The notes beneath the pieces are model-generated. The model ran no database searches and had not been told where the DNA came from. It saw only the letters and a program-made list of their open reading frames with translations. DNA of 64,000 bases from the NCBI GenBank assembly GCA_965113315.1, contig OZ220371.1; one strand, written 5' to 3'. The DNA comes from Podarcis vaucheri. Lineage: Eukaryota. Shown piece by piece: positions 1 through 14,000 of the stretch. Position 1 is the first letter of the stretch. Each line of letters starts with the position of its first letter. The position numbers were made by a program, and so were the translations under genes.

Positions 1-779
1 AAAACAAAGAAAACACATGCTACAAACAGGTGCAGCTGATTTTTCTGGGAAGTATTTTCTGCAATCAATGTTGTCTATGTAAATTGCCAGCACTTACTAA
101 AGAAAGGGTTGTATGAAAACAGCGACTTTTAGAATGACTGTATAAAAGATGGAAATTGAGAATGATGAATTGGGGAGAGGGATGTCTTTTTCTGTGATAA
201 TGTTGCTGGCTTTTATGTGACTTGATGTCACCTTTAAGTGTCGTGTATGTCAATACTAAATGTCCCTAATATCAATTGAAAGGAAAATAATGCTGCAATA
301 AATTGCTTCGAAATCTAGCATCCCAAGAGCTAAGTACTCATTTTCACTGTGTGCGACAATAAATCCGTCTAACACCTTCTTTCTGAAGTGTTCCAGCACA
401 AACGGTTGTTTTCAAGCAGGTCCCACACATAATACCATATCCCAGGTGACTTGAAGTGGTGACAATCAGAAAGCTATGCTGATTCTGCAGTCTCTCTCAC
501 TTCACTCTATTTAATCTCTGCACTAAGAAGATGACACACAGTATTCCCCGCTGAGTACACTTTGCTGTTTTCATTTCTCCCCCATGTCGAGAGTGAAATT
601 GTAGTGCTAAAAGACAACAAAAAGACAACTTCAGCTATATGGGAGCCGGTAAAGAGGCAATCTCACTCCAGACCCCATCATCCTGTTGCCTAAACAGCCA
701 CAGCTTAGGCGTAGGCTGCATTCACATGGCAGTTTATTCCACTGCCCTAATGGTTAATTTCCACATTATATTTGAGGTT

Positions 780-1147
780 TAAGGTAAAGGTACCCCTGCC
801 CGTATGGGCCAGTCGTGTCCGACTCTAGGGTTGTGCGCCCATCTCACTTAAAAGGCCGGGGGCCAGTGCTGTCCGAAGACACTTCCGGGTCACGTGGCCA
901 GCGTGACGAAGCTGCATCTGGCGAGCCAGCACCAGTGCAGCACACGGAAACGCCGTTTACCTTCCCGCTATAAAGCGGTACCTATTTATCTACTTGCATT
1001 TAGGGGTGCTTTCGAACTGCTAGGTGGGCAGGAGCTGGGACCGAAAGACGGGAGGGAGCTCACCCCGCCGCGGGGATTCGAACCACCGACCATACGATCG
1101 GCAAGTCCTAGGCACTGAGGTTTTACCCACAGCGTCACCCGTGTCCC
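780..1147 (-). mobile_element. Sauria (Squam1/POM-like) SINE, near full length
   Basis: Minus strand reads GGGACACGGGTGACGCTGTGG...GGTTCGAATCCCC (tRNA-like A/B boxes), then the conserved body GTAGATAAATAGGTACCGC and an ACCTTT tail (Bov-B-type 3' end). Confidence 0.92.
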
Positions 1148-1196
1148 TAGTGCTTTAGCATTGAGTTAAAGCCGGTTCCAGAAAACTAACGGAATA

Positions 1197-1430
1197 CAGT
1201 GGAACCTCGGTTCCCGAACGCCTCCGTTGTCGTACGTTTTGGTTCTCGAACGCTAAAGACCTGGAAGTAAATGCTTCCGTTTCTGAATATTTTCCAGAAT
1301 GTGCAACGCGGCTTCCACTGAGTGCAAGACACTCTCGCAACCAATGGGAAGCGGCACCTCAGTTTTTGAACATTTCAGAAACTGAACAGGCTTCCAGAAT
1401 GGATTTTGTTCGAGAGCCAAGGTACCACTG
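1197..1430. mobile_element. pogo/Tigger-like MITE (Tc1-mariner superfamily)
   Basis: TIRs CAGTGGAACCTCGG / CCAAGGTACCACTG with TA on both sides. Confidence 0.85.
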
Positions 1431-1644
1431 TATAGTGGATGTTTAGCCCTTGTTTCCATTTTGTTTGATTCCAGAAAAAAATCTATTTGCTGCCCTCTTA
1501 AGCCAGAAAATGGTGTAATGAAAATCAGCATACAGTTCTTTCCTGCTGTTGTCATGTGGGAATCATGGGGGAACAGGAGCACACATGTGCAGGAAGAGAG
1601 GGAGTAGCAATATTGTTGACCCCCAAGCCAAGGAGATACCGGTA

Positions 1645-1748
1645 AGTAACTATACAACCTTTAGAAGACATTTGAAGGCAGCCTGTATAAGGAAAGTTTC
1701 TAATGCTTAATGTTTTATTATTATTTTATATATGTTGAAAGCTGCTCA

Positions 1749-1803
<55 letters not shown>
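1645..1803 (+). mobile_element. L2-like LINE 3' end fragment ending in an (AAT)n microsatellite
   Basis: ACCTTTAGAAGACATTTGAAGGCAGCC matches the L2 3' end at ~61400. (AAT)n spans 1749-1803. Confidence 0.75.
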
Positions 1804-4224
1804 GCAATTATGGAATAGGATGTCCCATGTTGGGGGTATGTAACTGCTGCATTGAGGTGGGGGTGGGGATTTTAGACTTAGATAACAGCTTGTAAGGGAT
1901 GTCTTTAATCTCTTACTCTCCCTATGCATTGTTTGTGCTGATCAAAATTGCCTCCTGTTTGCATCTGCATGCAGTTTAAAAAGGGTACATGTCACAATAG
2001 CAAAGACACAAGTATGTGTGGTCAGTCTAGGTTTTCATCCAGCAAAATAAGCAGTCACTTTTAGCGGTCTACAGAAAAAGCAGGATAATGTGCCGTTTTA
2101 TTAAAATTCCATCAAAATTCCCTTCCAGTTGGCAAATAAGGAAATCTTCCAAGTTTTGAGGATGCATCTGATCTTAAGTATGCACATATTTGGATGTGAA
2201 TCCTTCTGACTTCAGTTAGGCTTAATCTCAAGTAAGAGCATTTATGATGCCAGCTTTATGGTTAGAGACAAGAAGACTCTTTCACTGGTGATCTGTAAGT
2301 TAACCTAAGAGTTGAAATGCAACTGATTTTCACCCAAGTTTGCAGTTTCCTAACAACATAATGTCCAAATCTGCCCTGAACCTGTGATTAAATTAGATCT
2401 TTCACTTTAAGAACTATCTGAACTATATACCAGAAGTTACAACAGGGCATAGACCAAGGGGAAAAGCAGTTCTAATGTTGTGGATAGAATACTAACAGCA
2501 TTTGCAGAGATTATTGGCTATAAATACATTTAGGAATATAAAAATAGAACTGCAGACTATAAATCGCATTAAGAATACTTTGTAGTTTTTACCACTCTAG
2601 AGATGTCATTGGGAAGCTGCCACAAAGGGCAACCAAATAGTTGGAGCATGGTAAGTTTGAATGTGGTGCCACCTTTCATAAATTACAATGTCTTAGTGTT
2701 AGTTTCTTAAACCTTTCTTCCTAATATTTTTCATTATAGAGTCACTTTTTCATAGCTTTTAAAGTGCTGTCCAAGACATTTTTTACTTTTCTGGATCTTA
2801 CCCAAAGTGTTTTTTTAATAAAAAAAATCATAAAATTTATATACCGTTTGATTGTGTGTTTTTTTTTAAAAAGCAAAGAAACCTCACAGTGTTTGCAAAA
2901 ATGGGATGAGTCCGTTCTGTAGCCATAGGGAAATGTATATCTTTCTGCTTGACAAACCTAGAATATGTGGGGAGAGGAAGAACAAGACAGTCGCAACTCC
3001 CCTTTTGACACTTCCCTGAGGCATTCTAGGTGACTCTGCATTTATTTTAGATTGCTGCTAGGGTCCTGTTAAAAACTGCTACAGAGCTCACACCTGGTGT
3101 TTCGGTTTGGTGGCTTTCCTGTTAGCAAACTATACTTATCAGAGACAAATTCAAAAATGCTTAGTTCTCTTTGTTTTCTCAGCTCTCATTGATCAAAGAC
3201 CACTGTTTCCTGCTGACTGACAAGTGCCATAGATAGTTTGTGAGAGCTCCAGAAGCAGCAGGAAGCATTTGCCAAAATGAGGGGTCTTAAACTATAGGCT
3301 CCCACTTTTGTGTATTAAGTTACAACACTCCTCCTCTATGAACAACTTTCCAGCATTCCATCTGGCAACTTACTGGAACATCCTATTCTACATAGTACCA
3401 GATGTGGTCCCTGGTTGATCTAGTCCAGTATGACAGTCTTCCCCAGCCAGATTTAGAGATGTCAGACATTGAATGAGGGACGCTATGAATGCAAAACAAG
3501 TGCTCTTGTCTTCTTGAACTGAAGACAAACTGAAAGGCATGAAACATACTTTCATGATTAGAAACATTCATTATTAGTCATTCTGGAAGCTGGGATTGAT
3601 AGTCAGTGTTTAAAAACCGAAAGACTGGGTGGGGGGCATCTATCACTTTGTGATCTTTGGCAGAATTGGATGAAATGAGTAGGCATATTCGTGCCTCCTG
3701 AAAGGCTGAATCCTGCCAAATTTCAGAAATATCACTGCAGAGGGTTTCCTATTAGATGTAAGGGCAACATTTACAGGTTTGGGGTCAAAAGAAGATTCAC
3801 TTAATCTCCTCTAGAGTTTTGAAGGAAATTGGTCTGAAAATAACAGAGCAGAGGAAGATGCCTTTTGGTAAGAAAGCTACCATTTTTCAAATTGTCCCAA
3901 AAGGTTTAGTTCAATGACTCATTTAAAGCTGATTTTGGGGAGGAACTAAAAGTGACCACCCCCCGGAGGCACTGATTCAATAGCAGGGCCTCTAGGCATG
4001 GTACTGCACACCAATCAAGCAACTTGTTTTCCTTTGAAGAGTAGGCTGGAATTGGCAAGGGATACCCCCCCCCCCACAGAAATAGCCTTCCTAGAGGCAC
4101 TTTGTCATAGTAAGCTTCCCCAGTGCTATTGGTGGGCTGGGACTGGAAATGTCCCATACGTGGACCCATATTTTTCCCCATCCCAAATCCCACATAGTGT
4201 AATGCCAAAGCTGCTTTGTATATG

Positions 4225-4608
4225 CAGAGGTGTAGCTATGTGCTCAGGTGTCTGGTGCGGGGTGTGTGTGTCCTGCAGCCAGGGGCAGGGCAATCCACCC
4301 ATGGGGGTGGGGCGATCTTCCCATGGAGGTGGGGTGATCTGCCCATGGGGATGGGGCAAGCCTCTCCAACGCTTGGAGCCGCTCCACCACCTTCCCCTCA
4401 GCTGTAGGGCGGCTGAGGGAGAGGCAGTAGGCAGACCCAAGTCCCATGCTGCCATTTCAGGCAGCGCAGAACCTGCAGGTGCCTAAGTCACCACATCACT
4501 CCTAAAAAGTTTCATGAGCCCAATTTTTAAATTTTATTTTAAAACTGATTTTGTCACACACACACCCAGTGATGACTGCACCCTCCGCACCCTCTTCCTC
4601 GGCCACTG
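4225..4608. mobile_element. hAT non-autonomous element with an internal ~22-bp tandem repeat
   Basis: Ends CAGAGGTGTAGC / CCTCGGCCACTG; 8-bp TSD tgtatatg/cgtgtatg (6/8); CCCATGG(G/A)GGTGGGG unit x3 at ~4297-4360. Confidence 0.6.
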
Positions 4609-6186
4609 CGTGTATGTGTGAGTGTGTGTGTCTTGAGAGTAAGAAGGGAACTTTTGATTCTTGCTCTGCCCTGTTCTCCTCTTGCTTGACTTTTCTGACT
4701 CTGACTCCTCCTTCGGCAAGAGGGACTGGGGCTGCCATTTTAAGTGCATTAGAAAACTGCTGGTGGTATACTGCCCTGGAACCATCCCTCTTGCCCAGCT
4801 GTTTCCTGCAATGTAGACACGTTGCACATATGTGATCCTCAGCCAACTCAGAGTGAACCCAGGCCATGCTTTGCTGCTTTTCTGGGCATGCAGAGTCTCT
4901 ACCTTCATTCGGGGCAATAGCTGTTTCATGTTCACTGTGCTTAAAAGACAGAATTAGCAAAGAACAGAAAGAAGCCAAGAGCAATGCTATTTATACCACA
5001 ACATCCCTCCCTGTAAACACTAGGAAAGCTTTTCAACATAGACCCACATAATCAGTTTTCTGATTATCTCTTCCAAGTGACACTCAACAATCTCGTTTCT
5101 CAATGGCCCCATTTTGGCTTCACTTCTGTTGTCAGTCACCACCCAAGTTTGCTTTTAAGAGCCCTGCCATCTCCTGCTTAGCGCAAGAGCTTTCAACAGC
5201 ACAAGCACAGTAGGAAAATTGGGAAAGGACTAGAAGGCAAAATGAGAGTGTTTCCCACCTTAAAAAGGGGAGCAGCACGAAAAAAAAACCATGCAGAACT
5301 CAAAAAGTAGAGCAACAGCATTTTAAAGGTTAAATATCTCGAGCATATTTGGGCCTGGGTGTTTTTTTTTAAATCTTTAAATAAAAAGAACTGTATGTGG
5401 GAGTGAAAGGGAACAAACAAATTTAAATGTGTAAGTGCTAACATTTTACAACTGTCACTGCTTTTACTTAGAATTATAAGAAGCTACTGTGGCGCAAGTC
5501 ACATGAAAGGACTGGTGACCCAGTTACAATTCAGTGAAGCTTCTTCCTTTCTTTTAAGGGGTGGAATAACTTCCACACCTTAATGGGGAATTGATGCCCC
5601 CTCTATTGTATGATTGACTTGGCAAGCTGGTTGTTTACTGCATTTCATCCATCCTAATCATTCCCTGGTTCCCTGAGACCTTTCTAGTGACACATTAGAT
5701 GAGTTATTTGCAACTCATGGACCAACTTGAAAGGGCCATGTGCATCTGGAAATCTGTTGTGGGTTAAGTCAGAGATCAAACTTAGCCATTCTTGCAGACA
5801 TAATCGTTTATCATCATTCTCTTAATTTCCAATGTCAGGTTGTCATACTGTCTAACATTTCATTCCATCATCACCATCATTTTACTATTTCTACCCCGCC
5901 CATCTGACTGGGTTACCCCAGCTACTCTGAGAGGCTTTCCACACCCAGCATGGGGTTTGAACACAAATTCCTGACCAGCAATGTGAGTCTTTTGGTATTG
6001 TCCGCCACACAAACCTCCTTCAGTTACACTTCCCTCTTGTTTCCCCACTTCCTCTGCATGCAAATGACCATTGGCTTGTAAGAAGCGCAACCATGCTCTA
6101 ATGCCTGCACAAGGCCGCCCCAACAAATCCCTGTAATAGGACAGGGGTGCAGTTATGTGTGTACAGTATCAAGCAACAGATTAGTA

Positions 6187-6431
6187 CAGTGGTACCTCGG
6201 GTTACATACACTTCAGGTTACATACGCTTCAGGTTACAGACTCCGCTAACCCAGAAATAGTGCTTCAGGTTAAGAACTTTGCTTCAGGATAAGAACAGAA
6301 ATCGTGCTCCGGCGGCGCAGCAGCAGCAGCAGGAGGCCCCATTAGCTAAAGTGGTGCTTCAGGTTAAGAACAGTTTCAGGTTAAGAATGGACCTCCGGAA
6401 TGAATTAAGCACTTAACCTGAGGTACCACTG
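6187..6431 (+). mobile_element. pogo/Tigger-like MITE, family A (orientation arbitrary)
   Basis: TIRs CAGTGGTACCTC / GAGGTACCACTG, TA TSD, internal TTCAGGTTA repeats; 5 copies in the window. Confidence 0.92.
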
Positions 6432-8483
6432 TACATGGCTCTGGTCCATAGGGTGAGACCTTTGCTATGCCTCATGCAGTTTCTGTTTGCACGGCGGCAG
6501 CTGAAGTAGTGAAGTTTTGAGATTCAGAGAAGAATTTGGCCTGTCTTGCAGAATTTGCATTAGCATGCAAAAGCAGTCTTGCATTAAATGAGCCTTCCTT
6601 CAAGGTTCCTCAGCTGCTGAGGTAAGGTGGGGGGGGGGAGAGAGAGAGGTTCCTGAATTGGACCTGAGGGCATTCTCTTCACCGCCTAATAGTTTGGCAG
6701 AGAAATGGCAACCCCTAGCATAATCCCCAAAGCAGGGACAGTACATCAAGTTTTCTTTAGACTGAAGGGCATTTTGGAAGGACACGAGAGATCTACAAAG
6801 GAGGCTAAAACGACAAACTTCTGCACACTTTCAGAGAAGCAGCAAGTGAGGCTTGCTGTTAAGAAAATGCACACGGGATCAGGAAGTTTGCAAATGCAGT
6901 TTGTTAACTGTGTTGGGAGTAGTTGCTGTATGAGGGTTAAACTACAGTTCTTAGGATTCTGGGAGACTGTGGCAAACTTCTTCAATAAAGTTGGGAGTAT
7001 AGTAACAGTACCAGGTTTGTGGTGTTTTAAAATTAGGCAGTGCCTTCCAGTGAGATGTGAGAGGTCTGGGATTCTCTGCATGTAGTAGCATTGACTAATA
7101 TTCCACAACAAAGACTTTAATTGATGTAAAAGGTAAGCCTGTGACCACTTATCCCTTAAACTGGTAATAAAGCTGAGGCAATTTGGAAACAAAACTGGAT
7201 ATTTATTTATGCACACTCAATGAAAGTTAAAGCTTAATGGTTGTTCTGATTAGGGACAGCACTTTGTTTCAGTCAGAATCACTTTTACATACGTCATGAT
7301 TTTATTTTTAGTTTTTTTTTAACTCTGTTTAAGTCTTTCACTTTTCTTAAAATCCTCGCTATTTCCCCCCACCCCATATTCACATTATACCCACCCACCC
7401 ATGCTGGAGAATCACTGCGGATACCATTCAGAAATTTGACAGGCTTCAAGCCCTCAGAAGGGATGACTACGACTGCAAATTGCATCCAATTTGGGTATAA
7501 AATGAGAATGTTATAGACGTTTCCATTAGAAGTGGGTTTTTTTAAGGTGCCTTGCACAAAAGAACCTGCATTTGGCAGGCTTAATCCTCCCTGGAATGGT
7601 TGATATTCCTGAAAATTTCATCCACTTCTATTAAAAGTTCAAAAAAGTTACAGCTTTTTTTTAGATTCCACATTATACTGAATGCAGGAAAAAGAGAATT
7701 TAGTTTGTAACTAGAGAATTTAGTTTGTAACTAGTTTAGTTCACTCTCGGATAACAAGCTGAAGTGGAAGGACACAGAATGTCCCTGAAATCTTTGTAGC
7801 ACTGCTCCCCAAAGCTGTGGATACAGATAGAAATCAAATCACCTCCTAGTTTCTGGAATTTTTTTTGGGAATATTTTTACTAAAATTTGGAAAAAGGGAG
7901 ATAAAGATCATTATCAAATATCTTTTTTATAGCTCCCTTCTGCAGTTGTAGAGTGCTTCTGAGGCAACTGGTGGGAGAATCACGTCCACATACTGCGCAT
8001 CTATAGGATGTGGTAGAAAGTATCTGGTCAGATTTGGTACCAGAGGATTCAAACTCTATTTACACTTGGGAGTTACACATCTGGGAATAGTGAAACTTCC
8101 AACTCTGCTGTACTGAACTTGTCCATTCAGGGATTAGAAGAGAAATAAAAAGGAAAAAACCACAAGCAACTGCTTTGAAACTACACTCTGAAAAGAAATA
8201 GTAACTGTTCAGTAAATATCCCGTTAAGGTCTTGAACCTTTGAACACTTATGAGCATCTTTAATTAAATTTATCTCAGGGCCTAGCATGCTGCTGAAAGG
8301 AGTGAGATTTCACTGGCCACTAATCGGCTGATTAAACTAAATGTTATGAGTATCTCAGGAATTGAGCAGAAGAGGAATTAACTGTGAGTGCACATGGTTT
8401 TTGGTACAGCTGGAAACAGAAGCAGGATAAGAATCTGTTTTTTGTTTTGTTTTAAAATAGCCAACTTCACCCTAAGTAGGCCA

Positions 8484-8667
8484 CATAGAAGTCAACTCCT
8501 AGGGGCTGAAGGGGCTCCAATATAAAATATTGGAGGGGACTGCCCCTCCCCCAAATTAATGGGCATTGCTATTCAAATGGTGTGCATGCACCTTGTCATG
8601 TAAGTGGGGCTGGACTTACCTGAGCTCCTCCTCCCCCCCCCAATATTTTATTCAAGTTGGCACCCTG
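8484..8667 (+). mobile_element. hAT MITE, family B
   Basis: CATAGAAGTCAACT...AGTTGGCACCCTG; TSD gtaggcca/ggaggtca (6/8); homologous to 8858, 29472 and 41580. Confidence 0.7.
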
Positions 8668-8857
8668 GGAGGTCAGATACATACAGTTGATATCAAACTT
8701 GTTAAGGAAACAGCACTGGCAATATAAACTTTTCCAAGAGGGCTCCAAGCAAGATAGCTTTGTGTGTTTGTGTATGTGTGTGTTCCCCATCAATATGAAA
8801 CAATAATTTATTTGTTCTTACTGTATTATCAAATGGTGGGGTTGGTGGTGGTAGGGT

Positions 8858-9009
8858 CATAGGAGTCAATTCCTAGGGGCTTAGGTCCCTTTGCCCCCCC
8901 AAAAAAAATATTTGAGGGGGCCGGGCCCCACCAAAGTTAATAGACATTGCCATTCAAATGGTGTCTGGTTCCCTCCACCCCCAATATTTTATTGAAGCTG
9001 CCATTCCTG
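8858..9009 (+). mobile_element. hAT MITE, family B
   Basis: CATAGGAGTCAATTCCTAGGGGC start; shares CATTCAAATGG and CCCCAATATTTTATT with the other copies. Confidence 0.7.
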
Positions 9010-10848
9010 AGTTGGGATGTGTGTGCATTTTAATCAGCTTTGTAATGTTTGGAGGTGTGTTTTTAGAATAAAAATTAAAATGTATCACTCTTCAAAATAT
9101 GTAGAATGCAGAGTCGCAAAAGCTTATCTGTTTTTGAGCATTCACGTGATAGGTATGCTAATAAAATTATTAAAGAAATCCTTGAAAGAATGAGAAAGGT
9201 GAGATAAAGGATTGTTATCTAGCTGCGTGCAAAAGGTTTCTTAAAAAAAATATAAGCCAGACTTATTCAATGTGAGAATCGCACACAGAAAATCAGATTT
9301 CAAGGTGAATTTATCAGTAATCTCAAAAGAGGGAGGATGCAAGATGATCAGGTACCACCAAGGCTTGACAAAAGCTCGAAATTCAAACCTCAAACTGAGG
9401 CCATTTTAGAAGCTCTCTTAGCCTTTGTGTTTTCCTTATGTGGGTAAATGAATATGTAAACAATTTTGCCAGTAGAGCACATCATGGAGTGAAAGTCCTA
9501 TCCCAAAATATTAACAAAAGTATATCCAGCAAATTGGAAACTCGAAAAAAGGCAAGCTAATTTTTATAAATAGAAGAATAGGACTCAACACAATAGATCA
9601 TTGGTGGGGAAAAGAAGGTTTAAAGACGTCTAGCCTGATGCATACCCAAAGTGGTTGCTGTGAAATTAAGCAATTCTGTGGTGTGACAGACAGTAGCTTC
9701 TCTCCCACCACTAACATCATTGTAGCTTACCTGGACAGGACTGGTGCTGGAGCAGGGCAATGGCAAAGTTGGGGCGGCATGGGTGCCCCAGAAGGAATGT
9801 CAAATTGGTCCCACCAGTGTATGTGTGCAGCCTGATCGTTGCCCCACTCTCAGACCCATCCAGATCAACAGCAGTCATACCGGTGTTTGGAAGGCGGCTT
9901 CATAGCTCCACCCCACAATATCAGCTGCTACCATCACCAACAGATCCCATGGATTGGATATAGTTTCTGTTGTTGTGACTAACATGGCTAATGTATTTCT
10001 GTTCTGACAACAAAGTTTCTGGAAATATGTATGGAATTGGCTTGGCTTGGACGCTGCTGCTATTGTCTCTACATAATCATCTAGTTGAGAAAAGAGAGAG
10101 TTTTCATTCACGTTTTTTCCAGTACCTTTGGAGATGGAACATGATAGGATCAACATCATCAGCAACTGAGGTACTGCATAGCTGTGGAGCTGCATTCAAT
10201 TTGCAGTGACCTTCTTTAATGTGCCTATTAGAACTATGCTCTTTTGCCCCACTGGTATTTTTTGGTCTGTCTTTTCCTGCTCAGGGTGTAAGCATGTATT
10301 CAGGGTTGCTGATATGCTGTTTATAAGTAGAGTCCAATCATCCCTCATGAAAGCTTTTTGCCTTATTAATGTCATATTATCATCAGCTGCTCATGTACCT
10401 CTCATCACCTTTAGGCAAGAGAGGCGTACATGCGAAAATTTATTACTCTCTTGCTTGCAAAGTTGGTTCCACTTGGATTCCGTCGGATCAATTCATTTCC
10501 TCATAGTTCTTTTAATCTGCCTAGTATTGCAGCTGCCAAGGAACTGGCTTCATGTTAAATACCTGTGGGCTATACATTCTTAATAAGGCAAGTCGCTTTA
10601 TCACCTAAAGTGCTTCTCATATCCTCATTTATAAACAGCGCAAAGCCAGCAAGCTCAGGCTCACACCATGCTCTTTCTGAGCTCATCATCTCACTAACTG
10701 CTTTTGGCCATGAATGACCCAGACCTTTTTGCGAATCAGCCACCAGCAACAGCATCCTGAGTGTGCGAAAGCATTCTCTATTGTTCTCTCTGTCAATTTA
10801 CAGGTTGATACTGTCTTTAACCGGGTGTTGAATCTGACCTTGAATATA

Positions 10849-11090
10849 CAGTGGTACCTCAGGTTAAGAACTTAATTAGTTCTGGAGATCTGTTCTTAAC
10901 CTGAAACTGTCTTAACCTGAGGTACCACTTTAGCTAATGGGGCTCTGCCTCTGCCACCGTGCCACCAGAGCACGATTTCTGTTCTCATCCTGAAGCAAAG
11001 TTCTTAACCCGAGGTACTATTTCTGAGTTAGCGGAGTCTGTAACCTGAAGCGTATGTAACCTGAAGTGTCTGTAACCCGAGGTACCACTA
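10849..11090 (-). mobile_element. pogo/Tigger-like MITE, family A
   Basis: Reverse-complement copy of 6187-6431; TA flanks. Confidence 0.92.
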
Positions 11091-14000
11091 TATTGATATC
11101 CATGACTTTAAAAGTATCACGTGGAAATATTCTTTATCTGGTATGATAAAAAATGGCAAGTAAGCCTTTTAATATATATTTTAATTGGGTAGAAGGGGAT
11201 GTTCCATGCATTTGCTTTCAAATATAAATTTCAACAAATTTTAAAATACGTAATTATTAAAATATGCAGTTAACAATATGCACACACATATACACACATG
11301 CATCCCATAAAATCATTTATCTAAAATCTAAATAATAGTCATTCAAGTCGATGAAACATGTGCATTCACAATGCGTTCTCTAGCATTAGACTTTGGTAAA
11401 ACCAAAAGCTGTTACTTTATAGCTGAGCTTATTGTTTTGTTGTTACATTACTCTGATTATGCATGCAAAAAAAGAGAGAGGATCATGTGCCTCTATGTGT
11501 AAAGGGGACCCACATTTTAATTCTAAAACAAACAAAGCATCCCTAATGCTAAACATTTTTAACAATCCCTCTTTATTATCTATGTTCACAAGCAAGGTTC
11601 CACTCGTATGATTGTGCTCCCTTGCATCCAGTCTTATAAACTGGAATACAGGGAGACAATATATAATTATTCACATCACTGAAGTGCTTCATTCCACACT
11701 GCAAGGATATATCCACATGATTTCCTCACTGAAACTGTGAGGAAGGAACTGAGAAATGTGAGGAAGGAACTGAGAAATCCTTAATCTCGGCACATTACTT
11801 GCTACACAAATTTAATATAAACAAACAACAGCAGCAGAAAGCAAAGAGGTTGAAGTTCTTGCACTTTCAGTTCCTAGTCTTATTTGAGAGCTAGTTCTAA
11901 GAAAGAGCTTCTGGAGAGGCAAGACTGTTCCTGGACAGTTCCACATCAGACTGCCAGTGAGGATTTGCACGATTCCTCTGTACAAACGAAAAACAAATTC
12001 CTTATAATTTTTTTTAAACTTGTAGATTTCCCTTGAGCTCTAGCTTTTTACCCTGACTAGCTAGCTTCCTGCATGCAGGGAATTATTTTGAACAGAGGAG
12101 AGTTCATTCATGCAAATCCATACTAGTAGTCTGAAGTGGCAGACCAAATACAGGTTGAGCACATTTTTTTCTGCTTGTGGCCATGTCTCAAATTTCCTTT
12201 TTTTCCAGGTCCCTTGGACCCATTGCTCAATGGTAGGAGTATTTTTGCTCACCTTCATAATTCACTGTTCCATTAATCTTACCTATTTGCATCAACCCCA
12301 TAACCAAGTTCCTGCTCCACTGGAAAACTCTAGGAAATGTATAAAATTATACCCCCCTTGGCGATTTTGGAGTCTGATTGAATGCTCTGGTCTTGGCCAA
12401 CCTGAGAAGAACACAAGCAGGGCTTGCAACAAAATGTTGCAGTCCAGAGTGCTCCAGTTTGCCGTTCCTGTCAGTCAGCCTTTCCCTTCTCTATGACACT
12501 CCATTCCATTCCTCTTCCTACACGGTTCCTGTCCTCCACCCCGCCTTGCCATCCATGTAGATAGTCAGCAGTCATAGTCACATTAGAAGCTCAGTTCTCA
12601 TTAGGTTATTTTGAGGGTTCTTTTCCATTTAGGGTTTTCTAAAGTCTGCTGAAACCCCCCTTTGTGTGGCGTCATTTTGGCTTCATAAGCAATAGCTCAA
12701 GCCTCCTGAACACCAGAAGTGGAACGAATGATATATTGGTTCCTAAGTATGTTAGGCACATATAATTATACTCTGTTCCTTAAATCTTGTGTGTTGAAGT
12801 GTGTACTATTATGCGTAATTGTTAATTTGCACTTTTCAGAAGCCAGTAGCTCTGCATCATGTCTAAATTACACTGTTTAATAGTGGCACAGGTTGCTCTC
12901 ATGTTGGGTCTAATTACAATAACTGTTCTTTTGGACAACAAATAGTCATTGAGTAGAACTCATTTAATAGGGGAAAGGACTGGTGTCAGAGCTGTTTGTA
13001 CCATTTCTCCAAACATTAGAAAAAGCAGTGGCCCTTCTGTTCTGCAAAAGGGAGAGGAAATCAAGTTGTATGAATATATGTACTGCAGTGGCTTTCTACA
13101 GCAGAGAGTCTGCCTATAGCACAGTACACACAAAGAAGAAGACGTTGTTTTTGTCCAGAAACTGTTAAAGTTTACGGAGCCATGCTGCGAAAACCATGAC
13201 CTTTCTTCAAATGTGCCACTGATTATTTTAGGGCTGAGCTGAAACTATTCACACTTTTCTTCCAATTTTTCACACACGCACATATATACAAAATTGTGTA
13301 TGTACTTATCTATTTTTTCCCAACCTGATCCCTGAAGGGTTTATCTTGTTAGATTGCTGAAGGACAAATTCTTCCTTTTAGTTTTATTTAAAGGGGGTCA
13401 GGTACACTGATGGCCAGCATTGCTTCATGCTTTTTGATGGGCAGCTGTCACACCCCACAAGGTAAGGACAAAAAGGCTCCCAAAGTAGCAAGGAAGCCCC
13501 ATCACCAGCACTGTCATTGTAAATCTACAACGTAAATCTTTTCAAAAACCTATATTTGTACATCATTACAAATTTCCACTATGTTTTTAATAAAATAATC
13601 TTCCATTTCAAAGCACAAACCATTTGGATACATTTATAATATTAAGACAGAAGTTAAACTACTCTGGGATCTAGAAAACAAATTTTAGGCAGAGTCACAA
13701 AGGATTGGACTTGTTAGATTAGCAATGACCAAGCTAAAGTATCCTGACAGAAGATCCTTTACTTGCATGTAGGAATGAAACTGAAGAGATTCTTCCATTT
13801 CTGCAGACATAGTAAATATTCAATTCTTCATTCTATCATTGGGGGCTTTCATGATGAGTCACTATGTAGGTTGCTGAGATTAGGCAGAAGTAAAAATATT
13901 TAGAATGTCTACATCGAAAGTGCTGAATAAACATTTGCTGATTAATTAACACCCTTCAACACTCCTGGGAGGTGAATAAGTGAAACCCAAGAGAAAAGTA

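Noticed and set aside
1060-1147. tRNA-like sequence
   Set aside because: It is the SINE head, not a tRNA gene; the same applies to the Squam3 heads.
3374-3518. Exon-shaped segment on the minus strand (CAG| ... |GTAAGT)
   Set aside because: Stops in all three frames; not supportable as CDS.
4502-4984. 160-aa and 133-aa minus-strand ORFs with an acceptor-like site near 4941
   Set aside because: No recognisable homology, they run into a hAT element and CA repeats, and there is no good donor.
7693-11778. Short perfect tandem duplications (20 bp at ~7693, 21 bp at ~11737; also ~46373 and ~62920)
   Set aside because: Ordinary slippage or repair duplications with no further structure.
12282-12401. 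Exon-shaped segment on the minus strand
   Set aside because: Stops in all three frames before the GTAAGA donor.
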